NCBI GenBank assembly: GCA_951406725.2
Contig: OX597814.1
Span: 139,686,001-139,750,000, forward strand
Direction of reading: 5' to 3'
Length of the DNA: 64,000 nt
Source of the DNA: Octopus vulgaris
Taxonomy: Eukaryota
Shown here one piece after another: positions 24,046 through 38,629 of the stretch. Under the pieces are notes generated by a model. The model ran no database searches, was not told where the DNA came from, and saw only the letters and a list, made by a program, of their open reading frames with translations. Each line of letters starts with the position of its first letter. Positions within the stretch are counted from its first letter, which is position 1. Made by a program: the position numbers and the translations under genes.

Positions 24046-27000
24046 TCTGCTATTATTCAAAACTTTTACAATTATCTTTAACAAATTCTATGGTACACTT
24101 TTGGTTTTTATCATCCCGCAGTGTACATATCCCAAGTAGACTGTGCTATAGTATAAATGGTCCTGTAGACTGTGCTATGATGTAAATGACTCAGTAGTCT
24201 GTACTATAGTAGTAAATTACTTGGTTAACTACTCACTATGTTAGCACTCAATCTAATTTTGTTTTCAAACTTTTACATTCAGTTATCCAACCTTCTACGT
24301 TTATTGTGTGTGCAAATCCTAAACTGAGCATTTCTATGAACTTATATACACCATTATTGTTATTATTGTTTAACCCCAAGTCACTTCTTACCTATGCTCA
24401 AAGGCATTCCACCTCTGAATATTTTGTGCTTATGTCAGATACTTTTATTTATTGTGTCTTATTTGAATATTTTTTTTAAGACAGTAGAATGTGATTTGAG
24501 TGAGAGATTTAAACTGCTATTTTTAGTATGTTGAGCAAACACATTAGGTTTCCTTATTGGCTTGAACATAAATGTGTGTGTGTGTGTATATTATGGATGT
24601 GTAAAAGAGAAAGAGATAGAGAGAGAGAGTGCTTCTGTGTGCATACATGTGCATGTGTGCATGCACACACTTGACCATTGCACATTTTTGCTAGCATACC
24701 ATCAAATTTTCTTCACTTTTTATTATGCTATCCAAAACAAAAGCCAGAAAAAAAATCTCTATGTTTGGTTTATATTTCAAGAGTACTTCACTCATTTTCA
24801 CAACTCATTAAACTGCATGTCATATCCATTTAGTAATTCTTGTCTTAATTATAATTTGAAACAAGAAGGCCATTTGAAACAAGAAGCGCTACTTGGAGAC
24901 AAGTACCTCTTACACAATGCAAGTTAATGCCACAATTTTGAAAACTAACTTGTTGTCTTTGTATTCAATATACTCACAAAATTAAGGATGGGTGGTGGAT
25001 TGGTAGAAATAGTAGTATAGTATTGAAGAACATTCTTTGTGGTTGTGATTATTTGTTATAGTTCTATATATTGTGGGTTCAAATCCTGCCAGAGTTGACT
25101 TTGCCTTTTTGTTGTTCTTGGGCCTTCATTGACCAAGGTAGAGAATGTATCTGCACATACATGCACAGACCTGGGCAAGATATTATTTTTAGGAAGATTG
25201 GCATGATTATGTGACTAAGAAGTTTGCTTCCCAACTATATGGTTTTTAATTCAGTCCCACAACACAGCACCTTGATCATTTACTGTTTCCCTCTGCTGAC
25301 CAAAGCCCTGCAGGTAGATTCGGCTGACAAAACCTGAAAGAAGTCCATGGTGTGTGTGTGTGTGCATGCAAGTGAGTATATATTTGTGTCTCCTTACCTT
25401 GAGTTGCATGATCATTGTAAATGAATGTCATTCATTTCCACTATTTTGTGAAAATGTGCCTGACCATGGGGGAAATATCTTACTTGAAAACAGGTAAGGG
25501 TTAGCAACAGGAAGGGTGTCTGCCTCAATAAACTCTGTCCAACTCTATGGAAAAGTGGGTGTAAAAACGGTGATGTTAGTTGCTTGTGCATGCAAGTCTC
25601 TCCTCTCAACATCACTGACATTTGTCCAAAAGAAAGGCCACTGCTTAGCACCAGTATTATTGCAGGTGTTACTGTAAGAATACAAGGACTGGAACAGATA
25701 CCACATGTTAACTCACCTGACTCAATGCAAGTTAACGCATATAATATTTTTGCCAATTTACTATTTTAGATTGTTACTTTTTCACCGATCCAAGAAGAAT
25801 GAAAGGCAAAATTGATCTTGGTGCAGTTTGAACTCAGCACTGGGAGTCAATTAAATTTTTATGAGGCATTCTATCCAACAAAATAAAGCTTGTCAATGTG
25901 CTGCCTCGAGTCATTGAATTATCTGTTAAGATACTGGTGGGGTTTGATATGAAATATGACCCTTCATCCAAATGAAATATGACCCTTCATCCAAATTTGT
26001 AGTCTTGGGTCTCTACTGCTCAGTGATGCGGATTTGTTTAATCAACTGAATTACATGCTCCTGAATTAACATGCAAGTGGCTGAGTATTCCACATACACA
26101 TATACCCTTAGTGTAATCCTTAGGCAGCTGGTACTATGTAAAAAGCATCCAGTCCACACTGTAAAGTGGTTGGCATTTGGAAGGGCATGCAGCTGTAAAA
26201 CCATGCCAAAACTGACTTTGCCTGTGCTGGTGCCACTTAAAATGCACTAAGTCCACTCTGCAGGGTCATTGGTGTTAGGAAGGGAATCCAGCTGTAAAAA
26301 CTGTGCCAAAACAGACACAGAAGTCTGGTGCAGTCAAACCATCCAACCCAATGCCAGCATGTCTTACAATAGGTTTGAACCCAGGATCTTATGGTCATGA
26401 AGTAAACTGCTTAACCATTTGGCCATACTACATCTATGTCAATCTAATGCATTGGAATATTTTCAAAACCAGACTCTATTGATTGAAAAGAATATGACAT
26501 AACTGTTTTTGACTAGGAGACTTAGTTCTTGTCTATATATTCAGTTATAAGGACTTTTTAATAGACATCAAAATTAATCATAAAGTTCTACTTTGTTCAG
26601 CTCTCCACAGCTTAGTTTTTCTTTCTCTTTTATCTACTTGGTTTGCTGCTTGATAAGTTTGGACTTCAAAACCATGGACAGCATTAAAAATTAGAATACC
26701 AACTCCTCAACCAACAGACTGGCCTTCTCCATTTGGATATTACAATTTTTTTTATGGTTTCATTAAAAGAAAAACTCTCTCAGTAGGATAGTTTAGCAGG
26801 AAACTCAGAAAGTTGCTTTTTATCATAAATTTTTATGTAAAGTTGTATAAAGTTCCATAAATCATTGAGTGTTACTATTTTTGGTTTCTCATTGGTTAGG
26901 GATGGAATTCTGGAGTCCTTTACAGAAGTCAAGAGTGAAAAGAAAGAGAATAGTTTCAATGAAAGCATAAAATATTCTCCCCATCATCATCATCATTTTA

Positions 27001-27084
27001 TATCTATCTTTCTATCTAATTTATATATGTATATATATATATTAATGTTTGTTTTTATGTCAAGTTATAATAAAACAATATATT

Positions 27085-27890
<806 letters not shown>

Positions 27891-27914
27891 CTCTCTCTGT
27901 TTATTTCCTTGTGT

Positions 27915-27952
27915 TCTTTTCTGTTGAAGAGCATAGGCTTGAAACGTAAAAG
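27915..27952 (+). ncRNA. minimal type I hammerhead-like motif (variant core), probably a Penelope-like terminal repeat
   Basis: cttt(t)-CTGTTGA-A-GAGC atag GCTT-GAAACGTA-aaag: stem II, palindromic ACGT stem III, short stem I. The core differs from CUGANGA at one position. Confidence 0.45.
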
Positions 27953-28214
27953 TCTTTCTCACCTTCCTGAATGTTAAAGTAATACACCTTGTTGTTTATA
28001 CACCTGTCTTTGTATTTCTTTTCTGTGTATTTCAGCTATATGTATGTATATATTCGGTGCAAATGGATTTTTGATACAGAGCCATAATTTACAATCCTGT
28101 AAATAATAATAATGGTATTTTTATATAAGCCTGAAGCTTATGGTGATCACCATTCTATGACTATGAAAATAGTCTAATAGAGGGGCATATAAGCCCTTGA
28201 CAGAAAAAAGAAGG

Positions 28215-28295
28215 CTTTCCTATCTGCACGGGAGTTGAACCCACATCTCTTTGTTAATGTGACTGTGTTACCTTTACACCAGTGAATTAGCCTCC
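28215..28295 (-). mobile_element. tRNA-like Pol III head (SINE or tRNA pseudogene)
   Basis: On the minus strand, tggtgtaaagg (A box) and ggttcaactcc (B box) with tRNA-like spacing, but no convincing cloverleaf. Confidence 0.4.
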
Positions 28296-30076
28296 CCGTT
28301 CTGTTAAATTTAAGAACTATAAAAGTTTGTATATGCTTTCTGTATGCTTTCGGTGCAAATGAAAGCATTTTCAGTAGTGTACAGAATCGTATGTTGATAA
28401 TAATAATGTTAGTTAAAAGAAATGAAGGAATTGTTCTTCAGTTTATTTATAAACAAGTAGAGAAAGCCTTCAAAATTTCTAAGGAAATGAAATACAATAA
28501 AATGAAATAAATGTAAAGGTGCAAACATGCTAGACATGGGTTGGATGATTTAACAGGACCCGATGGGTCCAAGGACTACACCATGATTCAGTCTCTGATC
28601 TGGTGTGATTGCTATCATTGAACGCCCTTCATAAGGCCAACCACTTTACAGCTTTTACCAGGTGCTTGTTTTGTGCCACCAACACTACTGAAGTTGCTAT
28701 GCAGTTTCCAAGAGGAAAGGTTTATGTTAGGAGATGAGAGGTTAATGTATGAGAGTAGGGGCCAGTGCAGAACAGGTTTCTTGTTGTAGAGTAGCTAAGA
28801 GAGGATATGGGTAATTAGGTGGAGCTGCAGAGCTATAAAAAATAAAAAAACAATTAAAGGTGATGAGGTATCAGGGTAGACCCTCAAGGTATGAGGTGTA
28901 TCAAGTTTAAAATAAAGTAATTTTTCCCAGGTGCTCCAGTGTGCCTTGCAGTCAAATGACTGAAACAAGTAAAAGAGTAAAAGAATAAATTGAAAATTAG
29001 AACTGTTTCCAATTCCACTACATCTTTATGAAACTGAAGCAACAATTGGGATATCCAAACACCTTTCCCTCTTCACCCTCTCAAATATTAACCCCACTTA
29101 ACTGAGGAGGCTTCTTCCTTTTCTTGCTCTTTTCCTACCTTTTCAGGCCACCACTGCTAGTGTTGGTGGCCTGAAAAAAAGCATCCAGTACACACTGCAA
29201 AGTGGTTGATGTTATGAAAGGCATCTAGCTGTAGAAGCCATACCAATGCTGAAATTGGAGCTTGACACAGCCTTGCAGCTTACTGGTTCCTGTCAAATTG
29301 TTCAACCCATGCTAGCATGGAAAACAGGCATCAAATGATCACACACACACATGTAAACAGTTAAGGCATCAAATGATCACACACACACATGTAAACAGTT
29401 AAGAATAACCAGAAAAGTAAATAAGTTGTTAGAGGATTCTTATCTTAAGATAAAGGGAATATGTTCTTTAGTTTATATCTTAAGCTGTTATAATAGTCTT
29501 CATTTAAAAATTTTTTTATGGTCATTGGTAGCAAACAGCTCTGGAAAACATTCAAATTTGAACGAAGATTCACTTTATGTTTAAGGGAGATCAAATTTAA
29601 CCTTCTTAAAATGTTTTCAAAGCACCCCTTCCTCCACTATATTTCACTATTGTTCTGTTTGTTGGGATTAATTTCAAAATAGACCTGTGTTATCATAGGC
29701 TTCTTATGTTCGTTTCATTTTTCTAAATTTGCATATTGTTTCAGTTTTTAGTATATAAACCTCTGTTTTATTTGGAGTATCTTTTTCTGTTGTCCCACAA
29801 ATAAAAAAAAAATTTATAAAATAAAAAGCAAATTTAAACTAAATTCTGAAAGAAACAAAGTTTCAAATATTGTTTATAATGTTACAGAGATGGGATGAGA
29901 AGAGATCTGTGTATAGTACCAAAAAGTGTCCGTTTTATATTTTTGAAAATAAATTTTGGTTAAATTTTTTTTATTTGTAATAAAAACTATTGTGTCATGA
30001 CCAAAAGAAAATGACAATCTAGTTCACTGGCAAAACACTTTAAATCAACAACTCTTAAGCTGATAGTTTGAAACTT

Positions 30077-30114
<38 letters not shown>

Positions 30115-30224
30115 ATGATGATATACATGTATATAATTTAGAGAAAAACCACTATTAAACAATTCAATAAAGAAAGATGTTATTCACGCCAAATAGAAAA
30201 CATATACTACACTTTAATGTGTAG

Positions 30225-30500
30225 TATAAGTTTAATATTATTAAACCATTTTAAAGTATCATTAGTACTAGTCCAAAGTTTAAGGTAATTATTTTCATTT
30301 AATCTATTTATATATTTATCTAAAATGATCTTACTTAATTTACCTAGATCTGATTTACATGGACAAATAAGCCTAACTTTGGGGTCAGAATAAAAATTAT
30401 CCTTATGATCTTTTAAAGTAATTCTACGGTGCATAGATACATAAGGTTCATTTTATTATCTAACTTATATTTCATCATGATTAATTTAGAGTCCTTATTT
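30225..30500 (-). mobile_element. Penelope-like element RT N-terminal fragment
   Basis: ITLKDHKDNFYSDPKVRLICPCKSDLGKLSKIILD...LWTSTNDTLKWF resembles the KDHKxNF..PxxRLIxPxKSxxGxxSK..W.NT..V..WF motif I recall from invertebrate PLE RTs. Flanked by microsatellites. Confidence 0.6.
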
Positions 30501-30547
30501 ATAATATAATTTAATATAATAATAATAATGTAATATAATTTCTTTAA

Positions 30548-30593
<46 letters not shown>

Positions 30594-30609
30594 ATATACA
30601 CACACACGC

Positions 30610-31038
30610 ACATTAATCAAAGGACACATTAAAGTGTCTACCTGCTAGAAATAAGAGTTAAAACCCTTATTTGGACCACCAACATATATTTACATGGAAA
30701 ATAACAGATTCAACAGTATACAGGCAAGTGAACCAAAAAAATTTCTCACATACCTACATAGCATAAAGCTGTATATTGGAAATATGTTTCAAAGGGTTAA
30801 GATGTACTGAAGAAGGTAAGATCTTTGTATCAGACCAGAAATTGGTCCACATATATACCTGTTCCATTAAATATATAGCTTTATGCTATGTAGACATATG
30901 AGAGATTTTTTTAAATTTGCTCGCACCTATACTGTTGAATCTGTTATTTTCAGTGTAAATATGTTTTGGTGGTCCAAATGAGGGTTTTAACTCTTATTTC
31001 TAGTGGGTAGACACTTTAATGTGTCCTTTGATTAATGT
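30610..31038. repeat. long inverted repeat (~165-bp arms, ~95-bp loop)
   Basis: Left arm acattaatcaaaggacacattaaagtgtctacc...ctacatagcataaagctgtatatt is the reverse complement of aatatatagctttatgctatgtag...ggtagacactttaatgtgtcctttgattaatgt, with scattered mismatches. Confidence 0.92.
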
Positions 31039-31203
31039 AATTTTAATTCTGTAGCTATATAACACTGATTTAGGCCTGCAACCACCTATATTAAAATTAT
31101 TATAGATTATTTGTATTGCCTTTGATAATAATGATATTAATATCTATATTAATATTCCCTTCTGAATATTTTTGCTGCTGATTACCCACGATCCTTTATA
31201 CAA

Positions 31204-31256
<53 letters not shown>

Positions 31257-34116
31257 CTTAAAAATTGCAACTATTGGAATAAATAGGATAACTTTTTAAA
31301 GGTCCATTTGAGGATGCAAATCTTAGGATAGCTATAAAAAAAACCAAAAGCCAAAAATGACGAGTTATAAAATTAGTAAGATTATATTTGGTAGCATTTT
31401 TAGTTTTGCTTGCCTAAGCATTTTTAATATTTACTGACCTTTGAATAAGGGCAAAAGATGTATAGGAAAAAGGAATAAATGATTTTTAGATTTGTATGAT
31501 TGTAATGTTTTTTTTTTTTGTTCCAGTTGACATATCTTGTTTTAGTTGTTATGAAGAACTCTTCTAACTCAAAAACAATGGTCTTCTGTGTCCTCAGAGA
31601 GAGAGAGAGAGAGATAATGACCTCATTTTTGTCTTGTTTTTTTTGGCTATGGATTTATGGTTAAGAAGTTGCTTTGTGTCCATGTAGTTTTTGGATTTCA
31701 TTCCAATGTGTGGAACTTAGGGCAAGCCTTGAGTTGACCAATGTTTTGTGAGTGAAATTTGTTGACAGAAACTGTACAGAAACCCATTGTATACTAAAAC
31801 TACAATTGCTTCTTCATCATATTCATCACCATCCAGGTGTTTTCCTGAACCATTCTGCAAACACTTTGAGGCTATCTCTATGACAACTGTCAGATTAGGT
31901 GAAATGGAATCCAACTCACTGCATGTAAAGTTTCTGTAGAGAAGATATTGTTTACTTCTGTGCATGTTATGCTTCTTGGATATCTTAGACTGCCTCGAGA
32001 TTATTATGAATGGGACTGTGTATTCTAATCATTATGAAAAGCAGTGTTAAGAGATTCTTACTCACATTTTGGTTCTGGGAAAGTAAAGTTAGGGTTATTA
32101 ATAACATAACATTAATTAGTTTAGAAGAGATTCCTTGAAGGTCTCTTCTTTATTTACTTCATCTGTCTAATTTCTGTTCACTTGTGATAATACTTGTAAG
32201 TCTGAAAATTTTCAAAGATTAAATATTCTAAAAGAAGGCTGTTCCCAGCAGACATTATTTGCAATTAAATAATGAATTATGGATACAATTCGTATTAATT
32301 TTGGATATAATACATAGGCTAAATTTGCAATGGCAATGCATATGTTAAAACAATGCAGAATATAATAGTAGTTGAATTTATTGATAAAAGTAATTCCATC
32401 CATGGATATCCTGTCTTGTTTCAGGAGTTGTTATATATAGTAGAGATTGTTTTGATATATATTGAGTTGATCTGAAATTGAAAGTTTATCTTTATCACAA
32501 GACTACATCTCTATCCTTTTTCTCTCTAATGTGCTTAATGGTAACTGGGTGTTAGGTGAGTGATAAAGTAGTTATCTTAAAAACACATCTCAATTGAATA
32601 ATTTCTATGGAGTTTGTAGCTTGAATTTAAATTTAAAAAAAACAGCACTTAATATTTCATATCCCCATTTACTATTTGCATTCTTCCCTAGATTCTGCAA
32701 ATCAAATTTCTTCTGTAATCACATGTCAGCAGAATCTGCATGTATTCAATTTTCTTTTCCTTAGGACCACCTCCCTTGACTCCCATTGCTCATTCTCGAT
32801 ATCATCTCTTCCCACTTTATTTCCCACTGATCGCCCCCTTTTTATGCCTCTATTATCTCTCCCTCTCAGCTGAGCTACATCTTAAGGCTGCACTATCTCA
32901 TCTTTAGCACCCTTTCATATCTGTTATCACCCTCAACACCTTCTGATATCTGATAATTCCCCCCCACACACACACACAGTTTAGTCCCTCACTCATTATA
33001 GCCACTACTACATACCTCTGACCTCCATTTCTGTCCATGTACACCTCTCTCTCTCTATTCTCACACCCAACATATCATCTTCCAATTTTCTGACCTGTCT
33101 ACAAGTTTACTAATCTGCATTGATTTCAACCCTTTCTGTTCTGCCACTTATCACCTTCTCCTTCCTGAGCTATATCTTCTACTTTCTCTCCCTTACTGAT
33201 ATTTACCATAAACCATACCTTCACCCTTGTACATAATTCACAGCTTTCACCTCTACCCCATCTCTTACCGTATCAGTATCCCCTCACATTCTTATGAACA
33301 TATCCACTCACCTTTCCTCATCTGCTACTCATATTCTCTCTCTTATACTCACCTTCTTGTATGTCTTGAGGGTATGTCTTGACACCTCATCACCAACATC
33401 TTTATCTTCTTTCCAGCTACTCTCACCTACCCTTATATAATGCTGGCTAGCTATGTATCTCTTCTGTAGCAAGACATCTGTGCTTGTCCCTTTATTGTAC
33501 TTCAACCTGACATCATCTACCACAAAATCGCCTCCCCTCTACTACAACTCCATTCTGTTAAAAGGCCCTTCTCTCTCATTTTACTTTGTTGTGCAACTTA
33601 CTTGGTGACCTCAATAGTACTGCTGTTATGAAAAAAGTACTCAATACATTCTGTTAAGTGGTTGGCATTAGGAAGAGCATCTAACTACAGAAATCTTGCT
33701 AAAGCAGACATCAGAGCTTGGTGCATCCCTCTGTCTTGTCAGTTCCTGTCAAGCCATCCATACCAGCATTGAAGATAGACATTAGATAATTATGATGATA
33801 ATGTATTGTGACTCTTCATACATGTACAAGTTAACAAAGCATGAATCAACCTTCCTTTTCAACATCATCATCATCATCATCGTTTTTATGTTCACTCTTC
33901 CATACCCACTTGGATCAGATAGAATTTTGTTGTGGTGAATTTTCTAGAGGTGGATGCCCTTCCTGTTGCCAACCTTTTCCTATTTCCAAGTAAGGTAATA
34001 TGTCCCTATAACCAAGCATGTTTTCACTGAAGAATAGGATTGAAGGACATTGGTTGCATTACAGTGACACTCATTTACAACCATCACACAAAGTCAACTT
34101 CAGTTGAGGCAGTAAT

Positions 34117-34152
<36 letters not shown>

Positions 34153-34599
34153 CAGGCTTCTTTCAGTTTCTGTCCACTCACAAGGCTTTAGTTGGCCTGG
34201 AGCTACACTAGAAGACACTTGCCCAAGGTGTCACATACTGGGATTGACACCCAGACATTTATTGTTAGTTCATCACTCATTATAGCCACTACTACATACC
34301 TCTGACCTCCATCTCTATCCCTGTTCTGCTACTTATCACCTTTTCTTTTCCTTTTGCTTTGAAGAGGTCAATTGAAATGATAAGCAGTAATAAAATAAAA
34401 AGAAAATTTATATTGATAACCAATTGAAAATAAATCAATATTTTTGATAAATTTGCGATATTGAATTGTTGATTATTTCATTTTCTTGTCATATTATATT
34501 TTAGAAAATGACCTCTTTTTCATCTGTTGTATTCAGCATGTCAATCATCATTATACATCTATTTTCCTATGCTTTTATGGTTCTCCAGTACTGCACATC

Positions 34600-35790
34600 T
34601 CCATTTGCTGTAGTCCTTTGTTATCTCCTGTATGAAGTTCAGCCTCCTGAAATCAGTCTTCATCACTTCTGCTTATGTCTTCCTCAGTCTTCCTCTTCCA
34701 CAAGTTCCACCTACTTGGACAACTTGACATTTTTTTATACAGCTGCAGCTGTCATCCTCTATACATGTCACATGTCTATCTGAGCTTAATCTTTTTCTAG
34801 CACACTATATTTGATTCCTCTTATATCTAGTTTTTGTTTCAGTTCACTTTTGGTTTATCGTTCATGCATGTTAATATTACATATCCAGTCAGAGCAGTGA
34901 GCTGAGAGAAATGTTAGCATGCTTAGCAACATTTCAGTTGCCTTTACGTTCTGAGCTCAAATTCCACTGGGGTTGACTTTGCCTTTCTTCCTTTCAGGGT
35001 CAATAAAATAGGTACCTGTTGAGTACTGGGGTGGATATAATCAGCTACCCCCACCTCCAACTAAAATTTCAGGTCGTATGCCTATGGCAGAAAAGAATAT
35101 TGTATATTCAGTCAACCTGCTCACCTCATTTCTTCCCAGTTTTTGCACATCCTCAGTAATCAATGTTTGTGTTTTTCTACTATATAACATCACGCTTAGT
35201 ACATACTTTGTTAGACTGCGGTCTGTTTTGAGCCTTAGGACTCATAAATCTGAAGCTTCATACAGTTTCTATGACATATAAGTGACTGGGATTACAACAC
35301 TCCCCACCCAGAATGGGACACCACTCCCAACTGTTGCTGGAACTCATTTGTGGTTGAGTGAACCAAAGTAAGGTGAAATGTAGTGCTTTGTTCAAGAAAA
35401 AAAGCACACTGCCTGGGTCATGATTCAAAACTGCAATCTCACAATCATGAGTGTAAAACCCTAATCACTGGGCCACATGCCTTTACCTGAAGAACAAATC
35501 TCTTTTGTTACCAACGAATGTAAGGAAACTTGAAATATTTTCACCTTATTCTTATATTGGCTACTGTCCTTCTAGAACTACCTATTTCTCCACTACTAAT
35601 TGGGTCACAGATGCTATCAACTACTTATGGAACCCTTCAAGTATTTGAAAACATTTATTTTGTGGATGTTCTGTTAGGTATTCTTGTGCATGTACTACAT
35701 GCATAGACTTTCTCTGTTAATCTGCCTGTTATCTCAATACACCTTTTGTGTACCCATAGTTTACATTTGATATATTGTATATCATATAGT
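34600..35790 (-). mobile_element. fragmented RTE LINE 3' region interrupted by SINEs
   Basis: Minus-strand pieces IKCKLWVHKRCIEITGRLTEKVYACSTC (~35690-35780) and WICNINMHER...KLDIRGI...CIKKC...GTCGRGRLRKT (~34660-34890). SINE A is inserted at ~34895-35100. Confidence 0.65.
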
Positions 35791-37201
35791 CCCTCTACAT
35801 AGCACGTTGGGCAAGTGCCTTCTATAAAAGCACCAGACTGAATAATACCTTGTGAGTGAATATGGTAAACAGAAACTGTGTGGAAGCCCATCATGTGTAT
35901 ACATATATGTATGTGTGCTTGTGCCACATAAAAAGTACTCTGCTCACTGTACTGGGTAGTTGGTGTTTGGAAGGGCATCCAGCTGTAAAAGCCCTGCCAA
36001 AACAGACACAGAGGTCAGGTGCAGACTCCTGTCTGGCTGGCTGCTATCAAACCATCCAACCCATGCCAGCATGGAAGGCAGACATTAAATGATGATGATG
36101 ATGTGTGTGTTTGGCCCACTCCATTTGACAACCAATGTCAGTTTGATTACTCCTCCATAACTTAACAGTTCAGCAAAAGAAACTTATAGAACAAGTAGCA
36201 GACTTTAAAAAAATACTAGGGTCAATTTGTTCAAAATACTAGGGTCAAGTTTGTTCAAGTAAGAGATAATAAATAAACACTCTTTTTCTACATTATGTAT
36301 GGTTGCTTTCTAGATGGCTTTAGAAGTTGTCTTCTTTCCTGCTAACTTAAACCTTTGTGGAAGACACATATTAGCCATTCAGAAACAAAGTCTGTTAACT
36401 TCACTTAAACATTATTTAGTGTCAAAATTTTTGTCAAACCAACTGCAGCCTGGTCACTGACATAGTTTAAGTAAAGTTAATAGTCTTTATGTGTTTTTGA
36501 ACAGCTAATATATGTCACCCATGCTGTAATTGTTTTAGTTTCAACATACTATCTCAGATTAAATCACTTGATGTTTGTCCAAAGTACATCTAAAATCTTT
36601 GTCTTTGCTTGATTTTCTTTAAGAAGTCTTGGTTCTAGGCTTTGCTTCAACTTTTGGCATTTCTTCTATAATTCATTCCTCAACAGATTCGGCTGTGAGA
36701 ATTAGGTCACAGGCATGCAGAGGTTCCCACAGATGACTAGTCTTTAACTCCTCTGTTATGTTAGTGAAAACTTAATTCACTCCCATCTCCATTTAGTTAT
36801 GTTGCTTACTTCGTAGAATCTGGTTTATATTTTCCAAGAATAGGCAACAATTCAACTCACCCAGATATTATGGAATATTGATTTCTACATTGTAAGATTA
36901 GTTTTCTTTAGTCTTTTGCAAAAACAATAAATAAAATACCATTATAGGTGAATGGTTCCATACGTTTAGTGTTCCTTGGTGTATGTATCCATTTTTAACC
37001 ATCTTACTGTAATGGCACTGGAAATGCTTCTCAAATTACTTTAAACCACATCTGAACAGCTTAGAGATGTGTGCTCACCTGACTTTTGTATATAAAGTGC
37101 ACACACACATATACTCACATTTTAGATATATATGCACATATAAGCAGGCGCATAACATTGTTCAGTGCAAATAGGCTTATCAATCATAATCTATTCTTGT
37201 T

Positions 37202-37262
<61 letters not shown>

Positions 37263-37564
37263 TATATATATCTTCAGTTGGTTGTAGTTGTATTCTCTGA
37301 ATGTAAAAATGAACCCACTTTGTGTGTGTATATTTTCTAGTCTCTTTTGTTGTGTTCATGTGTGTGTGTGTGTGTGTGTCTGTGTTGCATGTATATATTT
37401 TTTGTGTGGGTGTGTATGTAATACATGCATTGACTCTCATATAGATGAATATAAATGTGTGCTTGTGTGTTTATATATATATATATATATATATATCATT
37501 GAAAACCAAGAGGAGAGTGAAGATTTATTCATATCCAAAACTTCTTTATTATTTATTTTTTATT

Positions 37565-37659
<95 letters not shown>

Positions 37660-38494
37660 ATATATATATATATATATTGTGTTTCAGTGTATGCACTTAT
37701 AGTATAAAAAGAAAAAAAAAAAAGAGATGAATGTACTCATGCAAGTACATCTACATACATGCATTTCGACACATACGCACACAAGATGGTTGTCTCTCTT
37801 GTGAGAAATTTCTTTGTTTTATTTGGTTTATTTGTATCGAAACAATATTTTCAGTCTGCTTTTTGAAAGAAAATAGGTGTGGATTACTTATCTGAAAAGG
37901 AGAGTAATCCTATGTCTAATTAATGAAGCTAGTTTTGTTTGGTGAAAGATCTCTTTCAACCAATATTGTTTATGTCTCAGTAGATGTGTATCTGTGTCTG
38001 CTACCTCATATGTTATAATATATAAAGTAAAACACATAATGAAGATTAGTGGATATGATGTCACTGTACTTTAGCTGTGCACTAATGCATCTGTCTTTTC
38101 TGAGTAAATGAATGTTTGTATTTAAGAAGAGAAAGACTGGATTACCTATTGAAGCACACTGTTTTTAATATCTATTATCTTTTGCTTGTTTCATTCATTG
38201 AACTGTGGCCATGCTGGGGCATTGCCTTGAATGGTTTTAGTTGAACAAATCACTTCCAGTATTTATTCTTAAGTCTGGCACTTATTCTGTTGGTCTTTTT
38301 TTGTTGGTTTGCTAAGTTACACTGGTTGTCAGGCAATGGTGGAGGTCAAGTATAAATACACACACACATTGTGTTTATACACACACACACACACACACAT
38401 GTAATGAAAAAGGTTTGATAAAATAATTTTTCTATGTGGTGAAATGTAGAGACAAATATAAAAAGAAGGAAAATGAGCAGAAATTTTATGATGG

Positions 38495-38552
<58 letters not shown>

Positions 38553-38629
38553 TGATTGATTGATTGATTCTAGTTTCAGCTTATGAGCTGTGGCCATGCT
38601 GGGGCACCGCCATTTGAATATATATATAT

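Noticed and set aside
24135-24220. Three ~28-bp repeats (gtagactgtgctat…aaat), superficially CRISPR-like
   Set aside because: Degenerate minisatellite with no unique spacers, in a eukaryotic context with no cas genes.
29480-29800. Possible GIY-YIG remnants (TLCLRE on +, EVYILKT on -)
   Set aside because: The motif hints lie on opposite strands and are too decayed to support a call.
30796-30822. 21-nt microexon in the inverted-repeat loop ending at AAG|GTAAGA
   Set aside because: Good donor but no adequate polypyrimidine acceptor; better explained as part of the hammerhead-like motif.
31717-31965. 82-aa minus ORF with a protein-like middle (…GKHLDGDEYDEEA…)
   Set aside because: No recognisable family, weak splice support, and it runs into a SINE.
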